From Raillietiella orientalis (lineage: Eukaryota): a stretch of 64,000 nt of DNA. The DNA is taken from assembly GCA_036172245.1 (NCBI GenBank), contig JAYWIR010000009.1:1860001-1924000 (forward strand). The letters are read 5' to 3'. This document shows positions 50,560-63,320 of the stretch, piece after piece. The notes under the pieces were generated by a model. That model ran no database searches, had not been told where the DNA came from, and saw only the letters and a program-made list of their open reading frames with translations. Positions within the stretch are counted from its first letter, which is position 1. Each line of letters begins with the position of its first letter. Made by a program: the position numbers and the translations under genes.

Positions 50560-51160
50560 CATTTACCAGGGGATGTCTTGTCTTCCAGCACGAAAGGCAG
50601 TGCACGAGCTCCGTGAGTTGGCTGGAGTCTACACTGATATCCAAACAGTGGGTGACCTCTGTTTGGCCGAGAAATGTTAAGCGAGCTACAAAAACTAATC
50701 AGTTTTACAGAATCCTTTCGTATGCAAAGAAGTACTCTTTAACGCCCAGAAAAGCAGAGCACGAACGACAAACTGGCAAGGTGGAACGCTAAGAGAAGAG
50801 GCCAAAAAAGCAGGGACGCCATCCACTGGACGACGATCTTTTTGGAGACCGTGACAAGGTGGCCCCATGGAAATGATATTAAAACAGCACTTGTCAGCAT
50901 CCATAACAGGGTGCAGAGGACCAATCCTGGCGTGCAGTGATCCATCCCATTTCCTCCCCTTTTCAATTCTTTTCGTTTTGTTGCTCCTTTCCCCTTCGCC
51001 GTTGGGGGGAACCTCACCGGTCTTAGTACCGGTTGATGACAGGTCTTCGAGCGTGGTAGAACTAAGTGTTCTACCACGGTATAAACATTATTATAGACTT
51101 TATTATAAGATTTTTGTATAAAAATTTTAATCATAATTGTCCCGGTAAATCCGGGTGATA
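50560..51160 (+). mobile_element. LINE 3' end related to the 1460-2256 copy
   Basis: 50761-50940 encodes KLARWNAKRRGQKSRDAIHWTTIFLETVTRWPH...RVQRTNPGVQ*, colinear with IVAAWSKATGGPHDQGAIQPASLFLRWASRWPH...RMQRPHQLQ* of copy 1. The same 3'-UTR hairpin series follows. Confidence 0.7.
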
Positions 51161-51449
51161 AACGAATGACAAACTCAACATGTCAGGAATGGCATGGGAC
51201 TTTGGACTACGTACGGAAAGGGGAATGAGGCGAAAAAAACTAACAAAGCTCTTTCTGCAATGCATATGGGAGCTGTGACGCAAATGAACAAGATCATACA
51301 ATCAAAGTATACGAAAACAACCTAGGGTGCATAGCAGCTGCGAATGATTTCGTGTTCCTATTAAGGAACAAGCAAGATCAAGGGTTTCGAAAATCAATGG
51401 AAAAAAGGAGTCAGAGGTTTGGACTGTGAATCGACCTGGGAAAACCCAA

Positions 51450-52250
51450 AACACGAACCCGGATCTTCAGATCTTTCACTGACAACAAATGTTAAGTATA
51501 GTTATGTAAAGTAATTAGAGGAATGCATTGGATATGAAATTAGAGCAAACGATGAAAATAAGGAAATAAGGCATACAGAAAGTGGTACAAGAATTCAGAA
51601 CTTGGTATCAACTCGTGTTTTACTTCCAAAAATGTAATTTCTCATTCTACCAGGTTTGATGGAAATTAACGGAAAGAATAAGAAAAGTTCGGAGAAACTG
51701 ATTTCCAAAAGTTTCAAAGAGAAAACACCAAAAGCAAGGTGAAGAAGCCGCTATCAACAACACGAAAAGAGCGGGACGTGAATGGCATAAATGAAAGAGA
51801 CGCTTCACAATGCCGTTGTCCTTGTCTGGACGGACTCCTGGGAAGGGTGGCCGGTCCTCTGGAGCTCCCTGCAGACGATCTGAGCGCCCTACCTGCTTGC
51901 GCAGTTCCTGAAGCGCAGGACACTGGCGGGCGTCCTTCGCTCCCCACCTGCGGCCACCGTCGTAAACACAATGATCTTCTCTGCTCACCGCGTCATCTCG
52001 CGGGTGGACCTGAGGAGCGTCTGGAGGAAGGCCTCGGGGACGGACGGGGGTCTCATCGGGGTGTCTCGGTCCCCTGGTATAGCGTTGTGGTCAGCGCCAC
52101 GAGGAACCTCACCGAGGGCTCGTGGTTCCTCTTCTCCAGGAAGTGAGAAGGTCTCGTCCACTCCTCGGCAACAGCTCCCCCACCTGCCTTCCCTCGCCAT
52201 GCAAACGCTGGTGGGAGGCCACAGCGTGGACGATCACTGGAGCATTGCTC
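51450..52250 (-). mobile_element. LINE 3' end (zf-RVT and C-terminus relic), tail-to-tail with the previous copy
   Basis: Minus strand SCCRGVDETF/SHFL (knuckle-like) and TVAA...PASVLRFRNCASR* (compare VAA...PAS...ASRW), stop at 51805-51807, then a pyrimidine-rich UTR. Confidence 0.55.
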
Positions 52251-52899
52251 AAACCAGTAGTAGCTGTAGCGAACGTGCAAGTGCAAACATCGAACTAAAG
52301 ATGTCTTGCAACGATGCTACAGAAGATAGGAGGACCAATTTCTTGCCAAGGAAAACAAATGAGCAACTATAAGGCAAAACCATGCAGGGATAGAGATAAA
52401 AAAAAAAAAAAAAAAGAAGAAACAGCCTGAATATCAGCTTTAAGATCAACAGTAGTAAAGAAGGGAAAACATGCGAGACATCCTGGATAAGGTACCTCTA
52501 TTCAACCATGAGTGTTTTAGCCTGAGTGTGGAAGCTGCTACTATCACTACAAGTCTACCAACACAGATACTAAGAGCTGCTCGCCCTCCGCTCTGTAGAT
52601 TCCTTTCTGGTGGTGGATTGTTTTAATTTCCAACGGCATTCCACCCTCTCTCCTGTTTTTTTCTCCTCATGCTGAGAGTCAGTAAATTGAATCACAATGC
52701 TGCCGAGGTTAGAATGTTATCATGTTCCACAAGGAACCTATACTGCCCTGGGCCGGAGTATGGACGACCACCTGTCCTACACCCACATGCGTTCCAAATG
52801 CGAGGAGAGGAAGCTAATGTGGACTCTACGAAGGGCGGGAGCTGTGCAGAGAGATTATGCGGGCTTCCATACAATAATGAAACACTTGACTTTCGCAGT

Positions 52900-54500
52900 C
52901 GACTTTCGAGCGATCTTCCATTATATCGATCAGCAAGTTCCTCCTCAAGATTCTGGAAGTGTCCGATCTGCTAGACAGTCTCCTTACCTATCTTTGCTTC
53001 AGTGCAGAGCAATAACATCCATCTTTTTAAGAAGGGTGCCCACGCAATACGTCCAATGGAAACGCGAATCAGGTAGGGAGATGGCCCGAGTCCCATATTC
53101 TTCAGCATCTTTTTTCGAATTTTTTCCATTGGTGTTAGTCTGTCCTCTAAACTGTCTCCCGTCTTATTTCCCTTGCAATGGGGCAGAGGCCTAAGCCGGT
53201 GTCTATTTCTTTTCATCCAAGGACACTGACGCGACCTTGGACGAACCGTTCTTCCAGTTAATCTCCCGGGCAGAGGACATGGACATCAATCGAAAGTGCA
53301 CCGATGGGAGCGTTGTAGGATGGGCAGCCGGAAGGAATCTGCCCCCGTACCTTCGTAGTCAGTACGTTCAAGTATCTCGAAATGTTCATGAGAGCTCTCT
53401 CCGCGAGCTCCTCGTATAAGCCTGGTCCAGCTGCTTTCAAAAGGCAAATTACCCGGTTGCTACGGGTATTTTGTGGCAGTTTTTTGCTTACAGCATGAAA
53501 GTACACATTCTCCGTAGAAACTGTCTTCAACCGGGTTATGGAGGTAGGGAATGACCTGCATTCAGTCCACTCACAGAGACAGAGATTCGATGTCATCAAG
53601 CAATAGTAATCTAAATACAAAATAAATAATTAATAATGGGGATAAGAGTTTGGAGTCAGCAGGGTCCAGCCTGATTTCCGCAGAGATTCTGGGTAATGTG
53701 GACAATTTTCTTTTTCATTGTTTCTTCCATTTGTGGCCATTTCGACGCTTACAACAGCGGAAACTGTGTTCAAGAATTGTCTTCACATCAGTGATAAAAT
53801 TTTCCTTGCAGTCGTACAATCACAATGTTGCAGATGTGGCCCCATGATACTGGCAGGGTGGAACCCTACTCCTCTTTAGCAGGTCTTCAAGAGAGGTGTG
53901 TAGTCGCGGCAGGTTCTTGCTGGACGCCTTCAACTTGCAAGAAGGGAACTAAATTCCAGCAACTCATGAAGAGTTGATCCCTCCATTCTACACACGGTTC
54001 CAGACTAAAGATGCTGCTGCTTATTGCATGGGAAACTCCAGTGCAAGAAGAGCACCGATAAACGTTGTGGACTTGATGGAGCACAGAAATGTCTGTGCAC
54101 ATACATACTGTACGACACACAGCGTCTCCTCGGCCTTTCGAAAACAGTATAACCAACCAAGGCCAGATCTGCACAAAGAATAGATTAGTCCCCACGCTTC
54201 CGTCTGGAACAGCACAATTCTGCTCAATGCTGACCAAGGATTCTTCTACCCTTTCAAAGAGTCCATTCAACAGCCTCCGGAGCAGCTTGAGGTATGAGTT
54301 CACTAGAGTGTCGTGCACAGACTGCCCAGATTGCAGGTGACATGAAACTTTGGCTGAGCGGAAGGAAGAGAGAATTTGGCCTGTTTCTTCAAACAGTAGA
54401 ATCAGCTTCTGCATCTGGAGACCTCGCTCCGCTGCGAAGTAACGGATGAGTTTCAATGACTGTCACAACTTCTCCTGATGCCTTTTACCTCTTAAAAGTT
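52900..54500 (-). mobile_element. Degenerate L1/Tx1 RT region (probably extends toward about 56 kb)
   Basis: TLVNSYLKLLRRLL..LVSIEQNCAVPDGSVGTNL (~LLN.DYKIL...LI..DQ.C.VPGRSI..NL), VPFLQVEGVQQ (~GVRQG), WKNGSSKVASVSL...GLGL. Confidence 0.7.
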
Positions 54501-56641
54501 CCTCTGGAGGCGGTAATTTCAGCCACTGAAAACGGTTTGCCAAGGCGTGCATGTTCCTGCTGCTTGATAAAGGAAGCGTCCTTCTATTGCCATTGATGGG
54601 AGCTCTCTCCAGAGACGCCCTTGCATATAAGGAGGAGTAAAAGCCGCACATGAAAATTCACACTACGGCCGAGAGAGGACACCCCTGCTGTCGTTCGTCC
54701 AGCGGTCAAGCTTCCCAGAATCGCAGACCTGCCTTTTGGCTTTGCTCTTTCTGAGCAATCTCAAAAGGCGGCAGATTGCTTTCTCATCAAACCCGATCGG
54801 TTCAGAGCCTTCAAGTTCTGAACTGATGCCCACATAAGGTCATGCATGTGTCGTCCACGCAACGGTTATCTAGGATCCCACTTTTGAATCTGACGACGGA
54901 GGGTGCGAGGCAAGTCCTTTTTCGCTTGGCTACACCTCCGTTGCCAAAATCGTGCGTCTGCCCGACCAAGGCTTTGGATTAGGCAACTTCACTCTGCGCT
55001 GCACCATTCAGTTTTCGTACTCTCCTCCATCCACTTCTTCCATCTTGGCGGGGTCATGGCAAGAGGCACATTATTGGGGGAGAACCTTCGACGATAGGTT
55101 TGCGCCCACCTGATCACCATTTTCTAGGTGGAGATCTTTGCCAAGAGTCGCGGGTACTCACTTGTTTTCCGAGGAGTAACCCTTAGCGGATCCTCTCCAT
55201 CCCGCGATTCCGTCTTACACGTGGAGTTTGGATGGCTGGCTTAGGAGATGCGGCTCTCTTGTACCCAGCTGGCCGCAACCCCGATGATTTTATAGAAATT
55301 CACCTGTGTTCGAGATGACCTGTCGCTCCTTACTAGTCACATGTTTCTCGCTTCCTGACAATCGATTGGTCGATGATGCTCCCAGAGTTTGTGGAAAGGC
55401 TCCCTTTACGACCACTGTTACTCGCTACTGTAGCCCGCTTGCTATACACTTAGATGCTGTACACACACATCGTGTGTGTACAGCAATCTGCGCCAGAGCA
55501 CGTGAGCGGCGACAGTTTTTCAGAACTGCCATGGTCTGCTGGTCTATCATCTTGGGCTCAATTCCACTCAGGTAGACCATGAATGTGGTCCTCTAGCACG
55601 GGGAAAACTTTCCGTCTGCGTATGCTCAGGATTCATCGTAAACACTCATGAGAGCTGTGTCCTTGCTCAAGAGCTCGTAAGCAGTACTCCTGCTGAACAT
55701 TTATTAGACTAGAGGAGTCCTTCCTGCCCACCAAATCTTTAAAGCTTGTTAATGAGCCGGAAAAAAACATCCGTTCAAGCGAGATGATTTACTCTGTAGC
55801 GAAGTAAGGCCTATACTCTTGAGTTATCGATACCTACATCTCTGCACTGCCCAGAGGACCACCGTTGGTCGCTGCTGCCGAAGAGAAACTTATGTGCACG
55901 CTTGGGAGAAAGGGCAGGGGGTCAAATGACCTCGGCATTTCTCCTTGAGGCATCCTCGCTCTAACAGTGGGAAACTCCTTGCTTCATCAACATCCATTGT
56001 GAGAGACAGCAACTTTACAAGGCTGGCCTCACCTAGCCGTTATCATGTTGGCTGTACGATTACCGCACACAAGAATACGCAGGGGGACGTTGCCGAGGGC
56101 AACACATCACTCCATTAAACACTTCATGATCAAAGCTGTGACAGCGAGATAGGGATACAAATGGATGCCAACAGGGATCGAACGGCAAGCCACCTCTGTG
56201 CCCTTCATCCGTAACTACAGGAACAGACCGTTTCGGACGTTAAGGATGAGGCTCCATGGAATAAGAACAAAGAGTAAGCGATGTGGCAGTTGCCGTTTTC
56301 CTCGCCCATACATCACCGTCTCGTTTTCTCCTTAATTCATTTCACACTATTCAAACAGATACTCTCAAACTTAAGACAACGGCAAAAAGGACCGACAGTC
56401 AGTGAACTTATGTTATAAAAAACATTATTATTAAGACAGGAGTCAAGCAATCAGAAATATATTCATACAATTATCATAGATAATAATGCATTTGTAAACC
56501 GGAAGTGACAATAGGGAAAATATGTATTATCACTGTAAACTACCACTAGCACTTGAGAACTGCCATGATGCCCAATTTTCTAAACATCCTTCAGCGAATC
56601 CAATAAAATAAATAGCTTGCTTAGGTTATGAAATAGATTTT

Positions 56642-58862
56642 TTATTCCACATCATCTTCAATCACGGCCAAAGGAAGACCTGAAGACTCCACCAGTTTCT
56701 AAAAAAATACCTTATTTCTCCAGACATTCCCTTCAAATAAATAACGGCATTACCTTTCCCACTCTAGGCAGCTGCTGAAGCACAAGGTGATATATATTAG
56801 GTGGCAGAGTTTGTTGTAGCACTGCCATGAGTTGCTGTGGCTGACCACAGACTGCTACTGCATTACTGAGATGCTCAGCACCAGTTATTGGATCACCAAG
56901 AGCAAGAAATTCTTCTCCGAGTTGTACCTGATGGCAATATAAGGATGGGAAAGAGAAAGAAAGCAAGAAAAAAAAAAAAAAAAAAAAACCTGTTCAATGA
57001 AAAATCTCTGAAGAGCTTCCTGATCTTTCAAATCAGGTAATTTTGTGGGTTTTTTAGAAGCTAAAGCCTCAGCTTTGCGTGTGCTGCGCTCTAAAAAACA
57101 ATCAAAATCATTCCAAAAATAAACATACAAAAGTTCGCTGCGAAGCTTATTTCAATTAGCACACAAAAGTTATCAACACACTCTCTGAATCTCTGGTGGA
57201 TATCATTCTGTATTACAAAACTTCAATGATCATGCACTGTAATTATTCTTCTTCATTTCTATTTCATTTTGTTTTCTATTATCATTTCTATATCTAGGAA
57301 TGCAGGTCGGACTCATTTATTTGGAATTGATTTATTGATTCATACACTTTAAAGATCGTTAAAATAGGCAATTAAGACAAGCAAACAACACAAAACACAA
57401 ACTGCTTCATACTTATCACACAATAAACTTCAAAACTTTGATTACTTCAACTTTACTATGAACTACTCAAACTTGAAAAAAGTTGAAGAATCAACATGAC
57501 AATACCTGACAATACTAAGTTACTATTAGTTGCTAAACCATCCATCAGTTCATCATTGTATTTTTCAGATAATAAACTGTTTATGAATACTTGATATTAA
57601 ATTTCTAAATAAAATTGGCCTACATGAGTAACCTCAAAGACTAAGCAAATGACTCATTTTTACTAAAGAAAAAAAAAAAATCCTTGAAATTCCATCACAG
57701 ATTGGTGAAGCATGTTCTCTTTTAGTGCAAATGCTGTTCTCAAATTAAAAAATGAAAAACAATCACATACATGAAAACTTTAACAAGTCACTTCTCTATA
57801 GCATTTTTCCATGGGATCTTCAATGTGGTGGAGTTCCTAATTAGGCAAAAAGTTTAAACTGTTTAGAGTCAACAATAACATAAGAATGAGTTATATCACA
57901 ATGCATATTACATCAACCATAATTATAAAACAATGAACACGAGTAGCAGAGACACTATCAACATTCATGACTTTTAATTCCGTAATGGAAATGTAACAAA
58001 CTTACAGACATACAAAATAATTTTATGAAAATAATGTATCTGTCCTACATTCTGTTTGTTTGAGAAAAAAAAGGTTCACTTCACATTTAATCTTCACAAA
58101 GATTTCTGGAGTTCCGATCTGTTTATTTTGATTGAAAACAAAAAAACAAGATGTTATTATTTTCACTATATTACCAAAAATAACCAATGATATTGTATTA
58201 AATAATACAAAACTCCATGTTCTGGATAATATCTTGGAACAAACTAACCACTTGCTTTGTTTAAAACCATAATGCCCATGGACCGTTTGCTTCAAACCAC
58301 TACCTGGCACTAATTTAGAATAAATCTGAACTTGACACAAGCATTGTATTTATAGTCTGACTAGATCACACAATGAATTACTACACTACCATCTGACACA
58401 TCTGACTATTATGCTTCACATAATCATAATATTCAAGTGGTTGCAACAAAAAATTCACTTATTAACGCTTCACTTTTCCCGTCTCCATTATTCTGTGAAG
58501 TTTTTGCAAAGCTATAAAAGATGCTATCACTTATATAACAAGCAATTGGTACTATCACCACACAATCGCAAAAAACAATTTATACCAGATTGAAGATAAT
58601 TTACGGATCGAATTTTTGCAAATTGCAATCACAAAAGTATTATTTATGGATTGTGACATGTGAAACAATGTAATATCCAAACTCCTGCATGTTCCAACGC
58701 ACAAAAGAAAGCAATGAGAACTTGAAACTTACTCTGTCGCAACTTTTCTTTAAACATCGGTTCGTTCCTTCTTTTATGATCGAAATATACACAATAGCCG
58801 ATGAATAAAGTACCACATATTCCTGCTGCAATACCAATTGCTGTTGACAACGAATTAGTCAT
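56642..58862 (-). CDS. TOMM20: Mitochondrial import receptor subunit TOM20 (153 aa); exons 58862-58733, 57090-56990, 56927-56754, 56698-56642
   Basis: Spliced product MTNSLSTAIGIAAGICGTLFIGYCVYFDHKRRNEPMFKEKLRQK...LPDLKDQEALQRFFIEQVQLGEEFL..GAEHLSNAVAVCGQPQQL...LQQTLPP...EDDVE*, typical of TOM20. All introns are GT-AG and in phase. Confidence 0.97.
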
Positions 58863-60199
58863 CTTGGAAACATATAACAATGTGGACTCTGGAATTTTTT
58901 TCTACATGCTGCAATCGTTCCAAGAGAGCATCCACAGGGTAGCCACACCATCAACTCGACACTCGATTTACGCATTGAAAGTCTCAAAGCAATTATTTAA
59001 TTTTCTCACAGTAACGAAAATTTTCAGATATCTTACACGAATGTCTTGTGTGATGTCGAAGTTTCTCTTTCCAAAATGATATGAAGCAAAATTTAGATTA
59101 AAAAAAAAAACAAAGAATCCCATAGACGATGTGTCTGCTCACAGATATCCAGTTAAATCAAAAAAACAGTTTTTATGTTCTTGAATGTATGTCATTCATA
59201 GCATCAAATTCCCTTTCGAAAATATAGAACTATACTTGAAATTAATATATCTTTTTCATTTATACATGTTATATAATACATTTTACATGGCTCATCGATC
59301 AGATCATTTTTTTTTAGTCCTCAGATTCGTTTTATAATTTTGCAAAATCATGCAAACAATTTAGTCACAAAGTTTTCTAGAAATGGTATACAGATATTCT
59401 AAAGAGCTAAGAAACAGTTTAATATTGCTGTATAAAAAAATAAGTTCACGGTGTTTGCTGATGTTGAAAATCAAAACAAAAATTGCAAATGAGTTTATCG
59501 AATTTTTTGCGTAGGAATCATTAAGATAGGAGATTTTCAAGAACAAAAGTCGAAACTCCATTATGAGGAACTGAAACAGACGAAACAATATCATGAATGT
59601 AGAGGAATTACGGATTTTGGTATTAAGAAGTTTTGATTGCAAGACGCTAGCAATCAAATAAAACTTGTGTTAAACAAGGAGTGTTGATGTATCGAGATTG
59701 ATGAACGTGGAAGATTGCTAATACGGTTTAACTTTTCAACATCATTCACATAAAGTCTGTTGACATTTTAGTTGGTGAGTCTGCGAACAAGTCAGACTGG
59801 TATGTGAATTGAAAAGAAGCAATGTCCTTGCCTTTTTACCACTTATTATTTATGGAGGATATACATGTTGAAGAGGTGTTGATGTCTTCTTCTTTCAAAT
59901 GAATCCTTAAGAAATTAAGCAGGAAACATTTTTGTTTATTTTGAAAAGATCATTTCAGGAGTAGTCATCTCAGGAGTAGATTGAAATACTGAAACCTGCT
60001 TTTCCAAAATTGATTTCTATTTTCTTGAGCATTCATTTTTTTTTGATCAGTTGACTACGGATCTCCTGCACTATTTGAGGAATACGCTTGCTAAACTGTA
60101 CAGTAAGTACAAAGCGTATTCGGAATTTATAATCAGAGTGAGGCTTGCAATACTCCTTGGAAAAATTACGTGCTCAAGTAAACAGCTGGACAGATTGAT

Positions 60200-60500
60200 G
60201 CTGCCTCACATCGACACTTGGGGCAGACAAGTTGCTGCTTCTCCAGTCATTTTGTGGCGCGATTCTTGTAAAAATGGAAGCAATTATCTTCTAATTAGTT
60301 CTGATTATATTTTTTAATTTCGACCGTTTCCCGGTCATACATTTATTGCTTTGAAGAAGCCCGGTAAGAGGAGCCAATAAGTAATTTTGTAAGCGCTTCA
60401 ACGATTCGGTTGCCACCATAAGAAAATGTCACCAAATCTTGCGATTCCAAAATGTGACTTGGATTCTGTTCAACACCCTATATGAGGCCTTAGTGGTTAT
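60200..60500 (+). mobile_element. Possible Tc1/mariner transposase remnant
   Basis: Weak ordered motifs VILWRDSCKNG (~VFWD.KG), CFEEAR (~HDNAR), SPNLA..D/WILF (~SPDLAPSD..LF). No TIRs identified. Confidence 0.25.
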
Positions 60501-62099
60501 TTGAATCTTGATGGTTCTTGGTGTTTATTAGTCTTAGTGGTTATTTTAACAAAACTGAATGTAAATTGTTTGCAGAATTGGAGAACATGAAACTGTATAT
60601 TGGCTGGAAAGTTTTTTTATTCTGTATGTTAGGTAAAAAGGACTATGGAAATAGTAAGGTAGATTCTATTAGCAAAAAAAGCGTTTTTGAGGAAAATTAG
60701 TGTAATCAGCAAAGTGCAATGATTTCGGAACTATGAAGTTTCCCCCAGTACAAAACTCGGAAAAGTATGTTCCTCTATTCTGTATGTGCATTCCAGCAAT
60801 TCAGCTGGGACTGCTGCACAGATTTAATGAATTTTTCAGTTGATTTTTTGTTTCTTATGTCTTCGAAACTTTTTGCATTTGCAATTACGGAATCAGAAAA
60901 TCCACGAATATGCGTCGAATTATCAGAACGTAAAAGAAGTCCCTTTTAGGGATGAGTTTGTGCGCTTTCTAATGACAAAGACATTATTTGTAAGAGTCTG
61001 CCTTTTGGACCATTTCTTTTGTCGTTTCTCCATTAATACTTGGGTTAGTTGGTTTTACAGCCTTAAACCCAAGATATCTCCATTGGACTTGAAAAAAAAA
61101 AAAAGCATGCAATGACATCATGTTTGAGGTTTACGAGTTCAAGTTCAAAGGGTGATGCAGACACGCAAACAAAAGGAAATAAATTCACCCTTTGATGCTT
61201 CTGAAAACCGATGATTCTGTGCATGCTGCGACCCATTTTCACTCTGAAACTGTGTACTCACCGTCAGTTCGTCATTCTGCTTAGATTTCCTTTCCATAAT
61301 TTTTACTTAGTGATGCTGAGACTGGATGGTTTACCTTATCCTTTTATTAGCATCAAATGCTCCAGCATTTATGATTTATAATCACAACTAAAGTTTCCCC
61401 AACTAATGTTTCCTCAACTTATATAGAAGAAGAGCATTCGAAAGGTTTTTTATCGAAAAAATCCTCCCCAGTGTTTTTGTTAATTTACAATTCCTTGGCA
61501 GCTATCAAATACTGAAGATCAGATGAATGCTTTTAACCGATCTTCTCATGAATCGCCTGTAACATGCCATGTCAAAATGTGTTTCCCGCGATTCCCGACT
61601 TCAACAAAAACACCTCGCAAAATTTTCAAGCATGAAATTTCCCCCCCACAAAAACACGTCTTTTTCTGAAGAGAAATTTTAAACACTGTTATGTGCACTT
61701 CATTTGCAAACATCCAAGCATTACGTTTTCCACAAATTGCACTTTTTGCGGTATTCTTCGGTCTCCTTTCATATCATTACCTTCGGTTCTTACGTGAACA
61801 CCTTTGTGCTGAATACGAGATGCAGCTTCCATTTAAGCCATTGTGTGCATCTTCCGTTACTTTCGCTCTTATAACTGTGTGTACTTCAGTCATGTCTGAT
61901 TTTGGCCCAGTGGTTTCGTTTCCCACTGTTTTTTTTGGAAGATAAAAAAGGCGAGACCTATGGCATTTCGTAGGGACAACAAACATGGGCAAACTCATGC
62001 AGACTCGATGTGTCAAGAAGAGATTACGAACGTAGTTGGGTTACTTCAATCGTCAAAATTAGCAGCAGATGAAATGAAAATTCTGGCATAAAGCCCACT

Positions 62100-63320
62100 T
62101 TAAAAAACTGGGCAGCGACCGAACAGAGCCTTTTTTTTTAAGAAAGAAAGAAATTTATAGTGCCGCCCTCCTACATACCACTTCTCAGAAGCACGCGAGT
62201 ACAGCTGCATAGGTCGAGTGCCATAGTGTGAACACTGAACACGCCATGCTTTTGCCACGTGATTTGTAAGAAAGTCTAGAAAGAGGATACGAAAGAGTGT
62301 CCAATTTGAAGCTCTGGGGAAAGCAGTAACCTCGACACGTGCAAAACGGTTGGGCATGATGTAACTGTCAGATACATTACCAGTAAATGCTTTCAATGTA
62401 TTTGAAAAAAGGTGATATCTTCGAAATCAATAATTCGAACGCCCACGAGAGGGAATACCATCGCAGATGAGTGAAAATTCGACACTCGTGCGAGGAAAAC
62501 AATTCTGCATTCTGCCTAGCAAGTGCCTCTTTGTACATACGTTCGTATACACAAAGAGGCACTCATCAAACTAAGGCTTCGTATGTAACAGTCTCCATGG
62601 AAAATCCTTTTATCATTCGAATGTGAGGAAACGTAACTTGTAGTGAAGTATAATGAAGGAAGCGGAGAGTACACCAAAGTGGTCCTCCAGATGCAGCAGC
62701 TTCACAAGCATTCATCAAGTTCAGAAAGACCAACGGGCTAATCGCATGCTGCACTTATTAGGCATACTAAAACTGTTAGCAGCCGTTAAAAATCGTTTCG
62801 ATACCTTCATAAACGCTGCAGCTTCCGGAATTTTTTCGCGAGAAATAGAAATACATAACGCGGGAATGGCACAAACAATTATAATTAGGTTAAATACTGA
62901 AGATAAAGGCAATCGCTCAAGAGATAATCCAAATGAGAAAGCCCCGACGAAACTCAAATACGAAAGCATCCTCCAATTTGCAGAGAGATCAGCTCCTTGA
63001 TTAAGGATTCTGATTTCTAAGAATTTATGTGACAAAACTACTGGTTCGTGCTCTGCTGGCCTTTTAGCAAAAGCTGATCAAGATCAAACCTGATAATCCT
63101 GGAATGCGATTTAGGAGCACAAAACCGCCGACTTTCAAAAGCAGCGGAGCATGTTGAGCCAATACTAAGCAATATTTTCTGAAATACTTCAGCCACCCTA
63201 TTACTGTATGGAAAATAAATCGAAAAACACAGAGACATCAGCGGGACTGAAATCTGAAACACGTCCGTTTCACGTTTCCATGGATACCTGCATCAGGACC
63301 GCTATCAGCCATGATGCCTG
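62100..63320 (-). mobile_element. Degenerate non-LTR RT (RLE-type)
   Basis: Ordered motifs GPDAG, GADLSANWRMLSYL (~GD...NWRPISL), LVFLNLMNACE...LW (~VFLDLANAFGS...LW), KAFTGNV (~KAFMDDL). Confidence 0.55.
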
